A stretch of DNA of 64,000 bases, taken from positions 355,262 to 419,261 of the forward strand of contig DATMMS010000005.1 of NCBI GenBank assembly GCA_035569605.1. The letters run 5' to 3'. Every line of letters starts with the position of its first letter. Positions within the stretch are counted from its first letter, which is position 1. The notes under the pieces are model-generated. The model did not search any database, had not been told where the DNA came from, and worked only from the letters and a program-made list of their open reading frames with translations. This DNA comes from Candidatus Solibacter sp. (GTDB lineage: Bacteria > Chloroflexota > Dormibacteria > DASZGP01). Positions 58,445 through 64,000 of this stretch are shown piece after piece. A program made the position numbers and the translations under genes.

Positions 58445-58810
58445 ATGCCGGTACACGTTGACCTAGCGCAATTCCCTCGCCTCGTGTGCCCGCGCTGCGG
58501 CCTGGTCGCGCTGGTCGACCCGACCCTGCCTCCGGACCTGCATCCCTCGCTCACCTGCCCCAATTGCTCCAAGGCGCTGGGCCGGCCCCCACGTGCGGTG
58601 CTCGACGGGCGCGCGCGACACGTTCGGGCGGTGCCTCTTCGTCAGGCGGCGCCGGTACGCCGCCCCAAGGTGACCGGCCCGGTGCCCAGCCAGGCCGCCG
58701 TGAGCCTGACGATCGCGGGCATCTTCATGCTGATGCTGATCGGGCTCTTCGTCTGGTTCCTTCTGAACCCGCACTCGGGCCCCGGGTTCGGCGCGCTGAC
58801 CAAGCCCTGA
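58445..58810 (+). CDS. Hypothetical zinc-ribbon membrane protein
   Basis: 121 aa; CPRCG...CPNC then TM helix LTIAGIFMLMLIGLFVWFLL. Confidence 0.5.
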   Translation: MPVHVDLAQFPRLVCPRCGLVALVDPTLPPDLHPSLTCPNCSKALGRPPRAVLDGRARHVRAVPLRQAAPVRRPKVTGPVPSQAAVSLTIAGIFMLMLIGLFVWFLLNPHSGPGFGALTKP

Positions 58811-58818
58811 ACTGACGG

Positions 58819-59199
58819 ATGTCGGGCCCACTCCCCTCCCCCAAGAGTCGCCTGCGCGCGGTTTACAGCGAATCCGCCGAACCGGCGCTTCGTACCGAGG
58901 GCGTGATCTACCAGCTCGAGGACACCGGGCAGCCGGTGCTGCGCCTGCGGCCCACGGTCCGCATGGTCGACGACAACGGGTCGCCGCGGTACCTCTACCG
59001 CGTCGACGCCTTCTCGCGGCTTACGGGCAAGCGGCTGGGGCGGGCCGAGGTGCTGGCCGAGCTGGACAGCCCGTCCGAGTTCGCGGCGAAATCGCGCCAA
59101 TTCCAATCCGACGCCTTCCGCACGGTCGTCGATGCCCTCAGCGGGGCGCTGGTCGAGCGCTTCGCGGACCGAGAGGCTACCGGGGCGATTCAGCGCTGA
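58819..59199 (+). CDS. Hypothetical protein
   Basis: 126-aa ORF 9 bp after previous gene; no family recognised. Confidence 0.45.
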   Translation: MSGPLPSPKSRLRAVYSESAEPALRTEGVIYQLEDTGQPVLRLRPTVRMVDDNGSPRYLYRVDAFSRLTGKRLGRAEVLAELDSPSEFAAKSRQFQSDAFRTVVDALSGALVERFADREATGAIQR

Positions 59200-59206
59200 G
59201 AGAAAG

Positions 59207-59280
59207 GGTGACCTGTGGGGCTTGAACCCACGACCTCCAGGGCCACAACCTGGCGCTCTACCAACTGAGCTAAGGCCACC
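59207..59280 (-). tRNA. tRNA-His (anticodon GTG)
   Basis: Anticodon stem CCAGG/CCTGG, loop TTGTGGC; encoded extra 5' G (G-1) opposite discriminator C; CCA not encoded. Confidence 0.9.
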
Positions 59281-59314
59281 ACGAGACGGCGTAAAGCCTA
59301 AGGGTTGGCGCCAG

Positions 59315-60571
59315 TCAGATGCGCCCGTCCAGGAAGAACGTCCGCATCGGCCCCTTTCCCTTGACGTCGATCACCCCCCGCTCCCGGAACCGGTGGGTGT
59401 CGCGGAGGATCGTCCAGCACCTCTCGGTGACCTGGATCTCGCCCGCCAGGCTGTTGGACTCCATCCGGCTGGCGGTGTTCACGGTGTCGCCCCAGAGGTC
59501 GTATATGAACTTGCGCTTGCCGATGACCCCCGCCACAGCGGGGCCGGAGTCGACCCCGATCCGGATGTCGAGCGGAGCGTTGATCTCATTTCGCACCGAC
59601 GCCAGCACGACCCGCATTTCCAGCGCCAGGTCGGCGATTGCCGCGGCGTGATCAGGACGGGGCGATGGGATCCCGGCGGCGACCATGTAGGCATCGCCGA
59701 TGGTCTTGATCTTCTCCAACCCGCGGCTGTCGACGATCTGGTCGAAAGCGCTGAAGAGGCTGTTCAACAATGTCACGACCTCCTGCGGCGCCAGCGAAGC
59801 GGACAGCGGCGTGAACCCGACGACGTCCGCAAACAGAACTGACACGCCGTCGAACCCGTCGGCGATGACGCCGTCCGATCGTTTCAATCTCTCCGCTACC
59901 GGGGCGGGGAGCACGTTCAACAAAAGGCCCTCGGATCGAGCATGTTCGGCGTCCAGCGCCGACTTCATCTTTTCTCGCTCGCCGACGAAGTAGAGCAACA
60001 CCAGAAAGACGACCAGGGCGACGCCGCTGACGTCGAGCAGGAAGAAAACCACCCTGACATCGGCGGGAATCGCGGGGCGGGGCAGCAGGTGAAACGCCTC
60101 CAGGAATCCCGACACCAGCACCAGGGCCAGGAATCCCAAGAACCATGGCCACGACTTCCGTAATCCGACGAACATCAGCGCTCCCAGCGGAGCCACCACG
60201 GCCCACAGAGCCACCGCGCTCGAAGCCGCGAAGCCGCCGAGACTCCACTGCAGAAGAAACGGCAGGATCAGCATCAAGGGGAGCTGCGTGGCGAGGAGAA
60301 AGCGGAACCTCTTGGTCGCGAAAAACACCGCCAGCGATATGACGACCACGACCTGGTACGCCAGCGGTATCAGCGCCGAGAGCCAGATCCCGAGATAGCC
60401 ATAGATGCCCACCCAGACAAACGCCAGTAGCGTGACGAGGCAGGCGGTGATGGTCAGCGTGCTCTTTCTCAGCAGCTCATCTCCGCTGTCGCCGGGCAGA
60501 GTGCCGGCCCGCGCCAGACGCGTCACCCACCGAGTGAGGGCTCCTTGGGAAGGGGTGATCTCTGGCGTCAT
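59315..60571 (-). CDS. Membrane-bound class III adenylate/guanylate cyclase
   Basis: About 6 N-terminal TM helices then cyclase domain (VLFADVVGFTPL, KTIGDAYMVAAG, GDTVNTASRMES). Confidence 0.85.
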   Translation of the reverse strand: MTPEITPSQGALTRWVTRLARAGTLPGDSGDELLRKSTLTITACLVTLLAFVWVGIYGYLGIWLSALIPLAYQVVVVISLAVFFATKRFRFLLATQLPLMLILPFLLQWSLGGFAASSAVALWAVVAPLGALMFVGLRKSWPWFLGFLALVLVSGFLEAFHLLPRPAIPADVRVVFFLLDVSGVALVVFLVLLYFVGEREKMKSALDAEHARSEGLLLNVLPAPVAERLKRSDGVIADGFDGVSVLFADVVGFTPLSASLAPQEVVTLLNSLFSAFDQIVDSRGLEKIKTIGDAYMVAAGIPSPRPDHAAAIADLALEMRVVLASVRNEINAPLDIRIGVDSGPAVAGVIGKRKFIYDLWGDTVNTASRMESNSLAGEIQVTERCWTILRDTHRFRERGVIDVKGKGPMRTFFLDGRI

Positions 60572-60676
60572 TGGTGCAGGCTAATTCATCTTCGCTGTCG
60601 GCCGACCCAAGCGCCGGTTGCCCTGGCCTCCTCCTGGGTGCCGCATTCGAGCACTGTCGCTATCCTCAACCACAAT

Positions 60677-60752
<76 letters not shown>

Positions 60753-60780
60753 CGCACACAAACCTCGCTACGATTTGGCG

Positions 60781-61428
60781 ATGAGCGAGACGTCGTCGCC
60801 GGTGGACCTCCTCGACCTGGTGGATTGGCGCCGGCGCGTGGGCGACCTGTACCGCATCTCGGGTCCCGACGGTCTGGCTGAGTTCCGTGCCGCTCGGGAC
60901 GAGCTGCTGCGGACCCATCCGCAGTCCCCCATCCAGGAAGGCGAGCGCGCCTCGTTCCCGGGCATCCGATATTTCACGGCGGACCCTGCGTACCGGGTTG
61001 CCAGCCGGCTCGAGCCGTCAGAGAGCGAAGAGGAGATCCTCATCGAGACGGGCGGCCCGGACGGCGATATCCGCTACGGCCGCGCCGGCACCCTGGCCTT
61101 CCGCATTGGTGACGCCGACTGCCGGCTCACGGTCTTTTCGCTGATCGGGTACGGCGGCGGGCTGTTCCTACCGTTCCGCGACTCCACCTCGGGTCACCAG
61201 ACCTATGGCGGCGGCCGCTACCTGATGGACACCATCAAGGGCAGCGACCGGCTCTGCCTGGAGAGCCGGCCGGGCAGCGACGAGGTGACCATCGACTTCA
61301 ACTACGCCTACAACCCGAGCTGCGCTTACGACCCGCACTGGGCCTGTCCGCTGGCGCCGCGAGAGAACTGGCTGCCGGTCCCGGTCGAGGCCGGCGAGAT
61401 GTCGTACGACCCATCGGAGGCGGCTTAG
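60781..61428 (+). CDS. DUF1684-like protein (hypothetical)
   Basis: 215 aa from ATG 60781, 29 bp after tRNA-Arg; ORF-track start 60718 would overlap the tRNA; family call from recalled motif pattern only. Confidence 0.55.
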   Translation: MSETSSPVDLLDLVDWRRRVGDLYRISGPDGLAEFRAARDELLRTHPQSPIQEGERASFPGIRYFTADPAYRVASRLEPSESEEEILIETGGPDGDIRYGRAGTLAFRIGDADCRLTVFSLIGYGGGLFLPFRDSTSGHQTYGGGRYLMDTIKGSDRLCLESRPGSDEVTIDFNYAYNPSCAYDPHWACPLAPRENWLPVPVEAGEMSYDPSEAA

Positions 61429-61437
61429 CCCGACCCA

Positions 61438-62844
61438 TCACAGCAGGTGGTAGACGTTGCCCAGGTTGAGGCTGGTCGCCGCTCCGGCGAGGACGATCAG
61501 GGCAAGGCTGAGCGCTGTACCCATCCTGGCGGCAGGCACCCAGAACTCGGAGTCGCGTCGCCACAGGAGCACGCCGGAGGGTAGGACCAGCAGCGCCACG
61601 ACCGCCGCCAGCAGAAAGGCGTCGGGTTGCCACGGGGTGTTCCCCACCGCCAGCTCGGTCGCCCCGGCGCCACCCAACACGATCACCAGGAGCAGGCCCG
61701 GCAGCGACGGACGGCGTAGCACCTCCCAGCAGACGTACCCCGCCGCCAGGTAGATCAGCGGGTACAGCACGATCCGGTACCAGCCATAGCGGGGCATCAC
61801 TGTGGCATCGCCCAGCACGGCGATCCCCGCCGCGTAGGCGACCAGGGGCCAGCCGAGCAGCAGGGCCCTGGGGCCCATCCGCTCCCGCAGCAGCAGCACC
61901 GCGGCGCCCAGCCAGCCGAGGTGCCACCATCCATCGGTCAGGCGCCCGCCCAGGCCCGCGTTGTCGGTGATGAAGCCGACTCCCGCCGTCACCCCGTGCC
62001 GATGGGTGCTCCATTCCTGCAGCACCGCGATGAAAAGCCTGAAGTCGAAAAGCGCCGCGTAGCCGAAGTAGAGGCCCAATCCCGCGAGCGCAGCCAGCGC
62101 CACCGCCGCAGCGAGGCGCCAGTGGCCAAGACTGAGCAGGATCGTCGCGACGGCCGCCCCCAGCACCAGTCCGGTGATCTTGGTCAAAGGCAGGAGAAGC
62201 GCGCAGCCGAGCAGCGTGGCGATCGCCGCCCTGCCGCCATCCTCGACGTGGAGACGGTGCACCATCAGCAGGCCGAGCAGGAGCAGCGGCGCAAGCAGCG
62301 CCTCGGTCTCGACCTCCCGGCCCATCAGCACGGCGCCGGGCGTCACCGCCAGCAACAGCACACCGAGGAGAGCGGCGCGGCGGTCAAGGATCCGGCGCCC
62401 GAGCAGGTAAGCCAGCGACAGCGATAGCAGGCCGAGAGTGATGCCGACGGGTCTGACCATCGCGTCGGTCACATCGGTCAGGTTCCGCGCCCCCAGCAGG
62501 TAAACCCAGGCGCCGGTAAGGAACGACAGCAGCGGCGGATGCGTGAGCCACGGATGCACGATCTTGTAGGTCGTCCCGTTGGCGAGCAGGACGTAGTCGA
62601 CGTGGTACGCGCGCAACACCTCCCACGAGTACGGGACGTGCTTGGTGATCAGGGTGAGGCCGCTCCAGGCGAACTGGAGTGGGTCCTGGTTGTCAGAGAG
62701 CTGCGGCGCGGCGGTGAAGTCGTGGTAGCGAAGGGCTGTGGTGACCAGGAGGATGATCGCGACCGCAGCGGTCTCCAACCGCGTCCAGTTAGGCGGTCGG
62801 GACCAGGTTTCGCCGTCCTCCGCGGCGCCGGCCGCCCGGGTCAC
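61438..62844 (-). CDS. Hypothetical polytopic membrane protein (possible GT-C-like)
   Basis: 468 aa, more than 10 hydrophobic helices; start overlaps stop of upstream ResB-like gene (ATGA). Confidence 0.55.
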   Translation of the reverse strand: MTRAAGAAEDGETWSRPPNWTRLETAAVAIILLVTTALRYHDFTAAPQLSDNQDPLQFAWSGLTLITKHVPYSWEVLRAYHVDYVLLANGTTYKIVHPWLTHPPLLSFLTGAWVYLLGARNLTDVTDAMVRPVGITLGLLSLSLAYLLGRRILDRRAALLGVLLLAVTPGAVLMGREVETEALLAPLLLLGLLMVHRLHVEDGGRAAIATLLGCALLLPLTKITGLVLGAAVATILLSLGHWRLAAAVALAALAGLGLYFGYAALFDFRLFIAVLQEWSTHRHGVTAGVGFITDNAGLGGRLTDGWWHLGWLGAAVLLLRERMGPRALLLGWPLVAYAAGIAVLGDATVMPRYGWYRIVLYPLIYLAAGYVCWEVLRRPSLPGLLLVIVLGGAGATELAVGNTPWQPDAFLLAAVVALLVLPSGVLLWRRDSEFWVPAARMGTALSLALIVLAGAATSLNLGNVYHLL

Positions 62845-64000
62845 CCCGAGGTCGACTGGGGCGCGGCGCCGGGGGCTCGGGGGCGCCTGCCGCCGTCGAC
62901 GGGCAGGGGGGTGTTGGCATCGGTCCGCCTACCGATGGCCGCCGCGACGCCCTCCCGAGGCTGCGCCACCCGGCGCCGCGCCCTGGCTTCGCGCGCCTGC
63001 AGCAGGGGGGCGAGGTAGAGCCTGACCATCAACCCACCGAGCATGAGCGCGAAGGAGAACCAGATCACCGGCACTCCGGGATCGTCGGTAGCCTGGAGCC
63101 CGGTATAGCGCAGAAGCTGCGGAAAGCTGACCCGGTAGCCGCCGGGGAGGCCGACGCTCTGGCCCAGCAGCACTCCGCCGGTCCAGATCTCGCTCATCCG
63201 CGTGGTGTCCAGCTCGTTCACGTTCTGAGCCCGGGCAGCCTGGAGGTCGCCCTTGAAGAAGCGGAACAGCACCGCGGGGTTGTTGGGATTGGCGCTGCCG
63301 GCCCGCGCGCCGTTTGGCCCCTGCTGTAGGTCGGGCACCATGAACATCAACGCCCCCAGCTGCTGGCCCGGGGGACCCGCGGCGGGCACCTTGAGGATCC
63401 CGTTCTGCAGCTGCGGGTCGCCGAAGAAGTTGATCGGGCCGTTGAAGACGGTCTTGCCGGTGGGGTCGGTCACCTGCAGGACCGGCGACCATCCGTAGCT
63501 GGCCTGGTAGAACTTGACGCCGCGATATTCCAGGTAGTCGTTGACCCGGATGTCCTTCTGCATCACCTTCCTGCCCCCGTCGAACACTTCGACGTGGGAG
63601 ACGAACTCCTGGGGCTTGCCGTTGGCGTAGTAGCTGGCGTTGAAGCTGTCGACGCGGACTTCGTAGCCCTTGTGCTGGCCGGCGCCGAACAGGACCCCCT
63701 CTTCGATCTGGTCGTATGACGGCCGCGCCTCGACCACCGACTGGCCTTCGATGACGTTGACGAAGGCGGAGAAGCCGGCCGCCTTGCCGTACAGGACGCC
63801 GAAAAGGAGAACGAAGAAGCTGAGATGGAAGACCAGGCTCCCGGCCTCGCCGATGAACTGGTGGTTGCGGGGCAACCCGCGTCGCCAGCGCCGGTACAGG
63901 GCTCGGCCGCGCGTGTAGACGCAGTTGGAGAGCGATGTATACATCAGCACCGCGGCGACCACCAGCGGCCAGGATTCGTAGACCGAGAACAAACCCAGCC
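62841..64000 (-). CDS. ResB/Ccs1-like cytochrome c biogenesis protein, N-terminus outside window
   Basis: Large extracytoplasmic region followed by C-terminal TM (GLQATDDPGVPVIWFSFALMLGGLMVRLY) resembling ResB; partial, tentative. Confidence 0.5.
   Translation of the reverse strand, partial: LGLFSVYESWPLVVAAVLMYTSLSNCVYTRGRALYRRWRRGLPRNHQFIGEAGSLVFHLSFFVLLFGVLYGKAAGFSAFVNVIEGQSVVEARPSYDQIEEGVLFGAGQHKGYEVRVDSFNASYYANGKPQEFVSHVEVFDGGRKVMQKDIRVNDYLEYRGVKFYQASYGWSPVLQVTDPTGKTVFNGPINFFGDPQLQNGILKVPAAGPPGQQLGALMFMVPDLQQGPNGARAGSANPNNPAVLFRFFKGDLQAARAQNVNELDTTRMSEIWTGGVLLGQSVGLPGGYRVSFPQLLRYTGLQATDDPGVPVIWFSFALMLGGLMVRLYLAPLLQAREARARRRVAQPREGVAAAIGRRTDANTPLPVDGGRRPRAPGAAPQSTSG

Overview
High-GC (about 70%) bacterial chromosomal segment, densely coding, with many 4-bp start/stop overlaps (ATGA/GTGA) indicating operons. 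No tools or database searches were run: all family calls are from motifs read in the ORF translations and from gene order, so starts are approximate and family names for poorly conserved proteins are tentative. Content, 5' to 3': ymdB(partial)-spoVS-mutS-mutL-miaA-dapF-dapL-hflX; convergent lexA with candidate Cheo-type operators; 7Fe ferredoxin; class II fumarase-like lyase; a small TM+LysM gene whose promoter carries two perfect GAAC-N4-GTTC boxes (candidate SOS division inhibitor); a Liv-type ABC importer operon chained by 4-bp overlaps to two uncharacterised genes; membrane proteins; Xer-type tyrosine recombinase; split TSUP transporter; SpoIID-like protein; HDAC-family / conserved hypothetical / pyrF operon; tRNA-Pro; gpsA-der; JAMM(Mec-like)-cysteine synthase; D-Ala-D-Ala carboxypeptidase; cNMP-binding protein; LysE; typA/bipA; EamA and two GT39-like glycosyltransferases; a 1114-aa class III cyclase-P-loop NTPase-TPR protein; cold-shock protein; ALDH-like; Crp/Fnr; MEDS; LLM oxidoreductase; a tRNA-rich stretch (Ser, Ser, His, Arg) interleaved with a BNR/Asp-box protein, tadA and a membrane adenylate cyclase; DUF1684-like; ResB-like (partial). 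No rRNA, CRISPR array, IS element or prophage was recognised. The most noteworthy candidates are the putative SOS-regulated LysM membrane protein, the cyclase-NTPase-TPR protein, the extended Liv operon with an RHH-like ATPase tail, and the translationally coupled HDAC/conserved-hypothetical pair downstream of pyrF.
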